Below, piece after piece: positions 26,047-34,421 of a DNA stretch of 53,648 nt (the first letter of the stretch is position 1; each line of letters opens with the position of its first letter). Source of the DNA: a virus (lineage: Duplodnaviria; Caudoviricetes). Both the position numbers and the translations under genes were made by a program. Where the stretch lies: IMG/VR virus record IMGVR_UViG_3300024999_000141, positions 1 through 53,648 of that record; one strand, 5' to 3'. Below the pieces are notes generated by a model, which was given only the letters and a program-made list of their open reading frames with translations, did not search any database and was not told where the DNA came from.

Positions 26047-26302
26047 CGGGGGTAGCCTCCACGGTGCGGGCGATCTCAGCGGCGCGGGCGCGGCGCTCGG
26101 CCGAGGCGAGGGCGCTCTCTGCGCGGATGAGGGCTTCGTCCATGGCTTGATTGCGGGCACTGAGCTGCCGCAGCTGCCCGGCGTTGTCGGCCTGCAGCTG
26201 CTCGAGCACGCGGGCATCGGCGCGGCGCTGGAGCCAGAGCCAGATGCAGAGCGCCGCCAGGGCAGCGGAGACGAGGGCGAGGGCGACGATCCAGCCGGTC
26301 AC
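25823..26302 (-). CDS. i-spanin (Rz)-like protein
   Basis: N-terminal TM followed by an Ala-rich coiled coil; in the lysis module. Confidence 0.6.
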   Translation of the reverse strand: MTGWIVALALVSAALAALCIWLWLQRRADARVLEQLQADNAGQLRQLSARNQAMDEALIRAESALASAERRARAAEIARTVEATPDDQVAAALTAALAARRARAGAVVGDGPAGGTAGGDPAALPTAGALPAGPAGDGTAPGADPGGRSGGLARGAPAR

Positions 26303-26305
26303 GTC

Positions 26306-26503
26306 TCAGCCCCCCGGCTGCAGCTTGGCGCGCACCGCCGCGTCCTTGGCCTCCAGCAGCTTGCGCAGCGCCACCGTCCGCTCCGGGCCTGCGTCGATCG
26401 TCGAGCAGATCAACTGTGCCAGTTCGCCGAACGGCCTGCTCACCTCTTGCAGATGCTCCGGCAGGTGGGCAAAGGCGAACCACTTCAGCATTCGTTCTCC
26501 CAT
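26306..26503 (-). CDS. Small helical-hairpin phage protein, possibly Acb2/Tad1-like
   Basis: FAFAHLPEHLQEVSRPF...PERTVALRKLLEAKDAAVRA; GAGGAG RBS. Confidence 0.7.
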   Translation of the reverse strand: MGERMLKWFAFAHLPEHLQEVSRPFGELAQLICSTIDAGPERTVALRKLLEAKDAAVRAKLQPGG

Positions 26504-26513
26504 CGTCGACTCC

Positions 26514-26669
26514 TCAGTCGCTGTACCCGCGCAGGGGCGGCTTGGTCGGGGCGTCATCAAGCAGCCGCCGGGCGAGCTGACGCATCTTACGGGCGGTGCA
26601 GCGCTTCACCAGCCGGCGACCGTTGTGGCCGGGGAAGTTGGGGCAGATCTGGCGGGTGATCAGGGCCAT
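26514..26669 (-). CDS. Small Arg-rich protein (51 aa)
   Basis: MALITRQICPNF...; AGGTG upstream. Confidence 0.45.
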   Translation of the reverse strand: MALITRQICPNFPGHNGRRLVKRCTARKMRQLARRLLDDAPTKPPLRGYSD

Positions 26670-26690
26670 CGGTTCACCTGGAGCAGTTGG

Positions 26691-26722
26691 CCGGCCCCGC
26701 CACCGAAAGGCGACGGGGCCGG
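26691..26722 (-). terminator. GC-rich hairpin, possible terminator or processing site
   Basis: Minus strand CCGGCCCCGTCGCC-TTTC-GGTGGCGGGGCCGG; no U-tract. Confidence 0.35.
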
Positions 26723-26782
26723 GGTGGTCGGGCAACCGCAGTCGCCCGGGGTCCGGCGTGGCCGCAGCCAGGCCGGCGGAGG

Positions 26783-27376
26783 TCAGATCCCGGCGCCGCT
26801 CTTCAGCGCCTTGGTCTCCGGCGATTCGATTCCGAGCAGGGAGCGAGCCAGCCCCTGATGCAACGCCACGGCAGCGGGCCCGGAGAGCAGGGCGAGGGTG
26901 AGGGCCTCCAGCCAGGGCATCCCCGCGGCCAGCGCTGCCAGTGCCGCCGCGGCGCACCCCAGGGCGAGGGGCACGAGGATGCGCCACCGCTTGTCGATCT
27001 TGTCGAGCACCCCGAAGTAACGCAGCAGTGCGGTCAGCAGCGAGACGACCGCGGCCAGCGCAGCGAGCCAACCTCCGGTGCGGTAGGCGTCGAGCACCCC
27101 GGTCGCGCCGGAGAGCAGCTGGTCCCCGGTCGGGGGCGGCACGATGAGCGGGGGCATGATCACCGGCTCCGATGCGGGCACGACCGCCACCGGCAGCACC
27201 GCCGGCGGAAGCGGCTCGGACGGGGGCACCGGCGCTGCGGTGACCGCGATGGCCGGCTGCTCGGCCACGGCGGGGACGTCGGGCACGGGCGGTCCCTCCG
27301 GGCCGGGCTGGGCCATGGCGGTGAGCGGCATCATCAGCGCGAGCAGGAACAGGGCCAGGGGTCTTCCTCGGAACAT
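26783..27376 (-). CDS. Holin-like multi-TM protein with signal peptide and Pro-rich linker
   Basis: About three hydrophobic helices in the C-terminal half; next to the endolysin. Confidence 0.6.
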   Translation of the reverse strand: MFRGRPLALFLLALMMPLTAMAQPGPEGPPVPDVPAVAEQPAIAVTAAPVPPSEPLPPAVLPVAVVPASEPVIMPPLIVPPPTGDQLLSGATGVLDAYRTGGWLAALAAVVSLLTALLRYFGVLDKIDKRWRILVPLALGCAAAALAALAAGMPWLEALTLALLSGPAAVALHQGLARSLLGIESPETKALKSGAGI

Positions 27377-27418
27377 GGCGATCCTCCTATCCGCCGGCTC
27401 AGCCGGGCGGCAATCGCG

Positions 27419-28234
27419 TCAGTACTTCACCCCGACCTGGGCGGGATCCCATGCCTCGGGGATCGGGGAGCCGCCCTCCAGGGTGGGCGCGGTGGTGAGG
27501 CCGAGCTCGGCGAGCATGGGCAGCGCCACGGCCTGCCAGATCGCGCTGCCCGGGTCGGACTGCTTCTCGGCGCAGGACTGCCGGTGCGCTGCGAGGTACC
27601 GCACCTCCCCGCCGTGGGCCGCCACCGTGGCTACCGCCAACCGCACCGCCTGCTGCGTGGCGTCGATCATCTCGATCGTGAAGAACTGCTCCCTGGCCCG
27701 CTCCCCCGTCGCCCCCTTGGGGGTCCAGAGCGTGCGTTCGTCTCCCTGGACGCCGGCGTACCAGCCCTCGACCTCGATCCCCACGCTGCGGCCGTTCCAC
27801 CCGTGGCCGTGCCAAAGCAAGGTGTCGCAGTCGTAGAGCCAGGCCGCTACCCCGCTCCGGAGCGCGGCGAAGTGGATCGCCAGGTCGCGCCACCTGGTCC
27901 ACGGGCCGGGGCCGGCGCAGGCCATCTGGTGCAGGACGACCGTATCGATCCGGCTCCAGCTGTTGCGGCCCCGGCGCGCCCGGCCGGCGTGGCGATCGCG
28001 CACGTCGATGACCCGGTCGCCTGGTCGCGCTGCGGCGAGGTATCGCGTCTGACGCTCGAGCAGCTCGACCAGGGCGAGGCCCTCGAGGGCGACGGTCTGC
28101 GCCTGGTCGCTCTCCCACGCGGCGAGGGCGGCCGAGGTCTCCGCGCCCCAATGCCCGTCAGCCCCCCACCGCGGCAGGGGGTAGCCCTGGGCGATGAGGG
28201 CGAGCTGCAGGCGGAGGGTGAGGGCGGGGGTCAC
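27419..28234 (-). CDS. Endolysin: peptidoglycan-binding domain plus Amidase_2
   Basis: LQLAL...GADGHWGAET; VVLH, WHGHGWN..SVGIE, AHRQ and DPG motifs. Confidence 0.9.
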   Translation of the reverse strand: MTPALTLRLQLALIAQGYPLPRWGADGHWGAETSAALAAWESDQAQTVALEGLALVELLERQTRYLAAARPGDRVIDVRDRHAGRARRGRNSWSRIDTVVLHQMACAGPGPWTRWRDLAIHFAALRSGVAAWLYDCDTLLWHGHGWNGRSVGIEVEGWYAGVQGDERTLWTPKGATGERAREQFFTIEMIDATQQAVRLAVATVAAHGGEVRYLAAHRQSCAEKQSDPGSAIWQAVALPMLAELGLTTAPTLEGGSPIPEAWDPAQVGVKY

Positions 28235-28533
28235 GGCCCACCCCCCGCGGCCCCGGGGCTGGAGCGCCGGCCGGCCTCGAGGCGAGCCACGGCGACCCGG
28301 TCTGCCTCCCGCTCCCGGTGGAGGTCCGAGTGCCGGGTGTCGCAGTCCCTGGTGTCGGCCTCCCGCTCCCGCAGCAGATCCATGTGCTGGGCGTTGCACT
28401 CGTCTCGTGTGATCAGGCTCTTCATCTGCTCCTGCAACCGCCCGACGGCGCTGCTGATCTTGAACTGGAGCAGGTAGAGCCCGCCCATTCCCCCGAGCAC
28501 TGAGACCAGAGTGACCGCCTGTAGGTCCATCAT
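28231..28533 (-). CDS. Small single-TM coiled-coil protein (holin-like position)
   Basis: N-terminal hydrophobic helix; GGAGG RBS; coupled to the endolysin. Confidence 0.6.
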   Translation of the reverse strand: MMDLQAVTLVSVLGGMGGLYLLQFKISSAVGRLQEQMKSLITRDECNAQHMDLLREREADTRDCDTRHSDLHREREADRVAVARLEAGRRSSPGAAGGGP

Positions 28534-28577
28534 CACGCCCTCCACGCCACAAGAACGCCTAGGTTCCGCACCCACAA

Positions 28578-29531
28578 TCAGGCTCGCAGGGCGAACCACG
28601 GCTTCCCACGGGAAGCATCAAATGTGAAACTGAGATTCAGGGTCGCAGGGAGGACACCGGCGACGCTCACTGCCGAATCGTAGCCCTCGAAGTTGTCCGC
28701 CCCCTCGTATTCGGCAGCGGCGAGGGCTGCGGAGCATTGGAGGCGGGCGTTCACGCCGTTGACTGTCCACGCCCAGATATAAGTCCCCGGGGCGACCGTC
28801 ACCGGGCCGCCGTAGACCGCGTAGACATGCACGCGGTTGGCAGCGCTCCAACCCGATACGCCATCGGTGGCGATCGCTGCGGTGCGCAGGACGAGGGCTC
28901 CCGCTGCGGTGTAGAGCCCGAGGCCTGCGAGATCCGTCCCGCCACCGTCGCTGATCGCCCGGACGACAATGAAGGAGACGTCCATTGCCACCGGCAGCAC
29001 GAAGCTCCGGGTGTTGATGCGGTTCGCCGCGCCGTTGCCTGTATCTGTGACGTACTCAGTCAGCTGGTCGGAGAGCTTCCATGATGTGGCCTTGACCACG
29101 GCCGGCGGAGTGATCCAGCCATCGAGCAGGCCGGCCGCATCCGCCTTCGGGATGGCATTCGCAGCCGGCGTGGCCGTGGCGATCTCGTCCGTCCCGCCGT
29201 GTTTGTGTGACGTCGCGTGGGCCGTCGGAGTCCGGGCATTGGAGAGCCGAGCGTCAGTGCCTCCGCAGGCTTGCGTCGCCCCCGTCCCAATCGTCCGGAG
29301 GCTGCCGGTTGCCGCCGCCGCGTCCACTGCCATGGCATCAGAGCCGGTCGGCTGGTGAGCCGCAGCGTGGGCGGGCGGAGCGACCTCGAGCAGCCCGACC
29401 CGCACCGCCAGGGCAACAGCAGCGGCAGTGATGGCATTAATCTCCGCCTTCGCCCGAGCAAACTGGAGCCGTACTCCCGACGTCGTCGGGGCAATGGCGG
29501 GGGGTTGAGTGGGGTCGATCTCGCTGGCCAT
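28578..29531 (-). CDS. Putative virion fibre or receptor-binding protein
   Basis: Ala/Thr/Gly-rich shaft with HAAAH and HATSH motifs; beta-rich C-terminal domain. Confidence 0.6.
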   Translation of the reverse strand: MASEIDPTQPPAIAPTTSGVRLQFARAKAEINAITAAAVALAVRVGLLEVAPPAHAAAHQPTGSDAMAVDAAAATGSLRTIGTGATQACGGTDARLSNARTPTAHATSHKHGGTDEIATATPAANAIPKADAAGLLDGWITPPAVVKATSWKLSDQLTEYVTDTGNGAANRINTRSFVLPVAMDVSFIVVRAISDGGGTDLAGLGLYTAAGALVLRTAAIATDGVSGWSAANRVHVYAVYGGPVTVAPGTYIWAWTVNGVNARLQCSAALAAAEYEGADNFEGYDSAVSVAGVLPATLNLSFTFDASRGKPWFALRA

Positions 29532-29540
29532 CCTGATCCC

Positions 29541-31226
29541 TCAGCCGCAGGCGGCGAGTGAAGTTCTGTCGAGGCGGTAGGCGCTGCGCCAGGCCGAGAG
29601 CATCTCGGATGCGAATCCCCCGCGCTCCCATGGATTCCCGCCTTCCGTCCCCGTCCATCGCGCCCATGGGATGGCCAGGCCCCGCTTGGTCCGCTCCCGC
29701 GTGATCGACACCGGGACGCCCAGCCGCTCCGCCACGTCCCGCAGCAGCGCCTTCGTCCAGTCCGGGTCGATCTTCAGCCGGGCGGGGAGGGCGACGGCAA
29801 ACTCGATGATCCGGTGGTCGAGAAACGGCGCCCGGTTCTCCAGCGAATGCGCCGCGGCCATGCGGTCGGCCATCCGCAGCAACAGCTGCATAGTCGTATG
29901 CCACTCGGTGCGGGCCATCCCGCTCACGAGCTGGCCGGGGCGCACCTCTCCGGCGCAGCGGTCGACCAGCTTTCGCGCCGTCGACAGAGCACCCGGACCG
30001 CCGCGGTTGAGCAACCGGGCGAGCACGTCCGCCTCGGAGCCGAGCAGCTTCTCCCGCGTTGGTCGGTAGGCACCGAGCAGCGGGTCGAGGGCGGCGCTGT
30101 CCAGGTGCGACAGCAGCCGGTAGCGGCTGTAGCCCCAGAACAGTTCGTCGGCGCCCTCGCCGGAGAGCACGACGCGCCCCCCGTCCGCAGCGATGCGCTC
30201 GAACAGGTGCCACTGGCAAACAGCGGTCCACGTCGCCGGGGTGTCGAGGTGGTAGGCCACCCGGGGCAGCACGGCCCGCAGCTCGGCCAGCCCGAAGCGG
30301 ACCGGGATGACCTCGCCTGCTCCCGCAGCGGCCTGCCGAGCGGCGCGCATATTGTCGAGGCCGTCGTCCTCGAACGAACAGCAGTAGAGCGCATCACACC
30401 GTGCGACCGCCTGGACGATCGCCGAATCGAGCCCGCCGGAGAGCAGCACGGCGACCGGCACCTCGGCGACGCAGCGCAGCCGGATCGCGTCGACGACCAG
30501 CGCCTCGAGCTCGTCGAGCGCCGCGGCACGCGTGACCCCCGAGTCCTCGCCCCCGCGCGGCAGCACCCACCACGCCCTCGGCCGAGGGTCCGCTACGTCC
30601 TCGAGGGAGCGGATCAGGAGGCACTCCCCCGGACCCAGTCGGCGGACACCGGAGAACGGAGTGGCCTCGAGGCAGTCGAACTCGAGGCAATCGAGCTCTG
30701 GGCAGGGCACCTCCCGCAGCTCGCCGGGGAGGGCCTTGATCTCGGATGCGAACCAGAGCTCGCCGCCGCCGGCCCGCCAGTAGAGCGGCTTCTCGCCGGC
30801 GCGGTCCCGCGCCAGGAAGACGACGCCGACCTTGAGGTCGACGACGGCCAGGCCGAACATCCCGTTGAAGCGCTCGAGCATCCCGGCGCCCCACCTCCGC
30901 CAGGCGCGGGCGACAACCTCGGTGTCGCAGTCCGACTCCCAGGGTTGGCCGTCCGACAGCTCGGCCCGGAGCGCGCGCCAGTTGTAGATTTCTCCACAGA
31001 AAGCAACTGCCACGCGCGGCCCAACGAAGAGCTGCGGCACGCAGAGGTCGCTCTGGTCGACGATCTTCAGGCGCGCCGTCCCAAGAGAGACGAGCCCCCA
31101 CGGTAGTTGGAAATGCCGCTCCCCTGCCGTATCCGGGCCACGATGGCTTAGCCTGGAGACAGATAGACCAGTATTCCCACAATCCGAACCGCCCGGCGGA
31201 AGCACAGATCCGACAATTCCGCACAT
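29541..31226 (-). CDS. asnB: Glutamine-hydrolysing asparagine synthase-family amidotransferase
   Basis: MCGI, HRGPD, DTEV, RDRAGEKPLY, LSGGLDS, SGEGADELF and ENRAPFLD motifs. Confidence 0.95.
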   Translation of the reverse strand: MCGIVGSVLPPGGSDCGNTGLSVSRLSHRGPDTAGERHFQLPWGLVSLGTARLKIVDQSDLCVPQLFVGPRVAVAFCGEIYNWRALRAELSDGQPWESDCDTEVVARAWRRWGAGMLERFNGMFGLAVVDLKVGVVFLARDRAGEKPLYWRAGGGELWFASEIKALPGELREVPCPELDCLEFDCLEATPFSGVRRLGPGECLLIRSLEDVADPRPRAWWVLPRGGEDSGVTRAAALDELEALVVDAIRLRCVAEVPVAVLLSGGLDSAIVQAVARCDALYCCSFEDDGLDNMRAARQAAAGAGEVIPVRFGLAELRAVLPRVAYHLDTPATWTAVCQWHLFERIAADGGRVVLSGEGADELFWGYSRYRLLSHLDSAALDPLLGAYRPTREKLLGSEADVLARLLNRGGPGALSTARKLVDRCAGEVRPGQLVSGMARTEWHTTMQLLLRMADRMAAAHSLENRAPFLDHRIIEFAVALPARLKIDPDWTKALLRDVAERLGVPVSITRERTKRGLAIPWARWTGTEGGNPWERGGFASEMLSAWRSAYRLDRTSLAACG

Positions 31227-31241
31227 CAGGCCACCTCGGCA

Positions 31242-31270
31242 TTGACAGGCCTAAACTACCTGCTTATACA
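31242..31270 (+). promoter_or_regulatory. Sigma70 promoter for the HNH gene
   Basis: TTGACA-17-TATACA; AGGAGG RBS at 31285. Confidence 0.6.
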
Positions 31271-31296
31271 CATCCCGAACTCCTCAGGAGGGACAC

Positions 31297-31806
31297 ATGG
31301 GCAAGATTATTCCACTCGAGAAGAGGCTCTGGGAGAGAGTCGACAAGTCAGCCGGACCCGACGGATGTTGGCTCTGGACTGGATCGTCGTGCTCTCTCGG
31401 GTATGGCCACATTGGAGCGAAACCACGGTTCACCACGGTCCTTGTCCATCGAATAGTCTACGAGCTGACTTATGGTGACGTCCCAGATAGCATCAAAATA
31501 CTACACAGATGCGACAACCCAAGATGCTGCAACCCCGCTCATCTCTTTCCTGGCACACTCGGCGAGAACAATAAGGACAGATCATCCAAGGGCAGGACAC
31601 GCAATGCCGTCGGGGAATCAAACCCCCTCGCTAAGCTCACGGACGAACAGGTCAATACGATCCGAACAAGGTACGTCCGCAACAGCAGGACGGATGGTCT
31701 TGCCCAACTCAGCCTGGACTATGGAGTCAGCGGCACGCGCATTTCGATGATCGTTCGCGGCAAGGCGTGGAGGCACCTACCTCAGCCGTTTGCACGCACA
31801 GACTAG
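31297..31806 (+). CDS. HNH homing endonuclease, antisense to the late operon
   Basis: CWLWTG, HRIVY, HRCDNPRCCNPAHL and AKLT motifs; low GC. Confidence 0.92.
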   Translation: MGKIIPLEKRLWERVDKSAGPDGCWLWTGSSCSLGYGHIGAKPRFTTVLVHRIVYELTYGDVPDSIKILHRCDNPRCCNPAHLFPGTLGENNKDRSSKGRTRNAVGESNPLAKLTDEQVNTIRTRYVRNSRTDGLAQLSLDYGVSGTRISMIVRGKAWRHLPQPFARTD

Positions 31807-32456
31807 CCCCGCCGACCATGGTCAGCCCTCCGCACGAACCAGAGTTCGTTGCAGGGCCGCTCCGGCATCAGCCGAGTGGTCCAGGTGCAGCCGAGTTCGA
31901 CGAGGACCCGCTCGACGTCGGCGCGGCGCCAGGTGATCGAGTGCACCCCGATGGCTGCGTCGTAGTCGCGCAGTTCCGCGGTGGCCGGCGGACGGTACCA
32001 GTTGATGATCGCCAGCTTGCGGGCCGCCCGGATGAAGCTTCGCAGCGGGCCGGCGAACTCCGGCTGGTGTTCGAACAGCGCCTTGGTGTAGGCGACGTCG
32101 GCGACGTCGGGCTCGAGGTCGGCGAAGGTGCCGTGCCGCAGGTCGACCTTGCGGGTCTTGGGCAGGGGGGCCTCGACGGCCTTGGCCTGCACGGCGAGAC
32201 GCAGCCGCTCGACCATGCCCACGGACCCGTCGAAGCCGACGTAGGAGGAGATCCGCCCCGACTTCAGCAGGGGCCAGAGGTGGTCGAGGAGGTCGAACCC
32301 CGGGCCGAAGCCGACCTCGAGCAGGTCGACCTTCCCGCGCTTCCCCGCCTCGCCGGCGATGGCCGCGGCCGCCACGCAGCGGGCCTCGTTGGCGCGGTCG
32401 TCCTCGAGGAAGCGGTCGGGAGCGGAGTCCCAGAAGTTCACGGTGCTGGTGCTCAT
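31803..32456 (-). CDS. Class I SAM-dependent methyltransferase
   Basis: LLEVGFGPG, YVGFDGS and LFEH motifs. Confidence 0.82.
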   Translation of the reverse strand: MSTSTVNFWDSAPDRFLEDDRANEARCVAAAAIAGEAGKRGKVDLLEVGFGPGFDLLDHLWPLLKSGRISSYVGFDGSVGMVERLRLAVQAKAVEAPLPKTRKVDLRHGTFADLEPDVADVAYTKALFEHQPEFAGPLRSFIRAARKLAIINWYRPPATAELRDYDAAIGVHSITWRRADVERVLVELGCTWTTRLMPERPCNELWFVRRADHGRRG

Positions 32457-32647
32457 GGCTGACCCCTTGCGGCCAAGGCGGCCGCTGCGCGCTGCTCCGG
32501 GACAGCGACGATCCGAACTGCCTCGGGGGCAACTCCCAGGTCAGACGCCCCGGCATGCAGGATGGCCAAGCGGTTCAAGGCCGCCTTGTGCTCCCTGCTG
32601 CATGCCGACGGGAGCAGGACGAGCCGGCCGATAGGAGGCGGATTCAT
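32453..32647 (-). CDS. Small hypothetical protein (64 aa)
   Basis: ATGA overlaps at both ends; GGAGG RBS. Confidence 0.5.
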   Translation of the reverse strand: MNPPPIGRLVLLPSACSREHKAALNRLAILHAGASDLGVAPEAVRIVAVPEQRAAAALAARGQP

Positions 32648-33471
32648 CGGATCCTCCGCCCGCGCATCGACACCGGGAACGGCCCGGTCCAGGTGACTTC
32701 GTAGCCGGCCATCTCGAACCAGCCTCGGACCTCGGCCTCGGTGTGCCACCACCGGTACTGCGGCGCGTGCCAGTCCAGCGTGTCCGAGATGCACTCCTCG
32801 TCGTCCGCGCTGTTGCTGGCGCGCAGCACCTGCTCGATCGGACCCCACGCGCCGGCGTACAGGTCACGAAGCTCCACTGCGTGGCGCTCGAAGGCCGCGT
32901 GCAGCGAAGCGGGGGGGCAGGTCCGGGTGATCTCGTGGAGCAGATCCATCGCCGGCTGCAGCCGCTCGTCCCACGTGCGGCAGTAAACCCAGACGGAGAG
33001 CTCGCCGCCGATCTTGACCGTGCGCGCCACCTCGGCGAACGCCAGGGCCGTGCTCGGCGTGTGGTGCAGGACGCCGACGCTGAAGGCCGCGTCGAAGACG
33101 CCAACCCGAAAGGGCAGGTCGAGCAGCGAGGCCTGCACCAGCCCGGCGTCCGGGGCGTTGGTGGCGGCCGCAGCCAGGCCGGCGGGGGAGAGGTCGACAC
33201 CGACCATCTGCGCGCCCCACGCCCCGGCCGCGGCGCAGAACCGGCCGCAACCGCAGCCTGCGTCGAGCACCAGCTTGCCGGCAAGGTCGGCTGCGGTGAA
33301 CCCCGTCTTGAACGTCAGCTGCCCGGCGGTCGTCGCCTGCGGCTTCGGGTGCTGCCTCCAGCGCTGATCGAACCCGAGGTCGACGGCGATCTTGGCGTCG
33401 AGGTAGCGCAGCGGCTGCTTCGTCTGGCGGTTGGGTGCCTTCATCAGGCCTTGCAAAGTGGCGCTGTCCAT
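32644..33471 (-). CDS. Class I SAM-dependent methyltransferase
   Basis: VLDAGCGCGRF, GVDLS and FSVGVLHHTP motifs. Confidence 0.92.
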   Translation of the reverse strand: MDSATLQGLMKAPNRQTKQPLRYLDAKIAVDLGFDQRWRQHPKPQATTAGQLTFKTGFTAADLAGKLVLDAGCGCGRFCAAAGAWGAQMVGVDLSPAGLAAAATNAPDAGLVQASLLDLPFRVGVFDAAFSVGVLHHTPSTALAFAEVARTVKIGGELSVWVYCRTWDERLQPAMDLLHEITRTCPPASLHAAFERHAVELRDLYAGAWGPIEQVLRASNSADDEECISDTLDWHAPQYRWWHTEAEVRGWFEMAGYEVTWTGPFPVSMRGRRIR

Positions 33472-34421
33472 CAGCCTCTCCGCATCGGGCAGACCGCGCA
33501 CTCCGCGAACCGCACCGGGTCGAGCGTGTCGGCGGTGAGCTGCTCGCGCAGCGCCACCAGTTCCGGGTGAGCCCAGGGGTCGCCGGTCGAGGCCGGGCCG
33601 AGGCCGATCCGGTAGGACCGGCAGCAGGGGTGCGCTGCGCCATCGGGGCCCACGTCCAGCGAACGGAACGGGGTCAGGCAGTGGCCCGGGCCGACCGCAG
33701 CTGCCGCCGCGGCGCCGGCGCTCGTCGCGCCGCTGGCCCAGTCGCTGATCTCCATGGCCGGGTACTGCAGCCGGAGGGCAGCGACGCGTGCGGCGATGGG
33801 CGTCACCTCCGCGTCGGCCAGCCCGTCACCGGCTGCGGAGGTCATCTCCAGCGTGGCCCCCCGCAGCAGGTGCAGGTAGGTGAGGCCCAGCTCGTTGCAG
33901 AGCGAGGCCATCCACTCGACCTGGCCGATGTTCTGCCGCAGCAGGACCATGTTGACGCCGACCGCCCGTCCGGCCTCCCGCGGCAGCGCCAGGAAGCCGC
34001 GCAGCTCCGCGAGGACCGCGCCGAGGGAGAGCCCCCGGCGGATGGCGGCGTAGGTCGCCGGGTCCGGCGAGTCGAGCGAGACGGTCAAGTACCCGGGCAG
34101 CGACGCCAGCTGCGGGAACATCGACAGCCGGCTCCCGTTGGTGATCAGGTTGACCTCGGTCCACCTCGACTCCCAGCGGTTTTGCTCCACGAGCAGCCGG
34201 TCCAGCATCCGCCCGAAGTCGGGGTGCATCGTCGGCTCCCCGAACGAACAGAACTCAATCGAGCGCAGCCCTTCGTACCGGTCGAGTAGCGCCTCGAACT
34301 CGGCCAGCTTCAGCTCCGGACGGGCGACCTCCTGCCGGCGGGCGACGGCCTGCCAACACATCAGGCAGTCCGCGTTGCAGCGCCAGCCGAGGATCAGGGT
34401 CAGGTGCGTCGGGCCCGTCAT
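33471..34421 (-). CDS. Radical SAM enzyme with SPASM/twitch domain
   Basis: CNADCLMC, GEPTMHP, TNG, SLDS; C-terminal C...DG..HPCC...CAVC. Confidence 0.93.
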   Translation of the reverse strand: MTGPTHLTLILGWRCNADCLMCWQAVARRQEVARPELKLAEFEALLDRYEGLRSIEFCSFGEPTMHPDFGRMLDRLLVEQNRWESRWTEVNLITNGSRLSMFPQLASLPGYLTVSLDSPDPATYAAIRRGLSLGAVLAELRGFLALPREAGRAVGVNMVLLRQNIGQVEWMASLCNELGLTYLHLLRGATLEMTSAAGDGLADAEVTPIAARVAALRLQYPAMEISDWASGATSAGAAAAAAVGPGHCLTPFRSLDVGPDGAAHPCCRSYRIGLGPASTGDPWAHPELVALREQLTADTLDPVRFAECAVCPMRRG

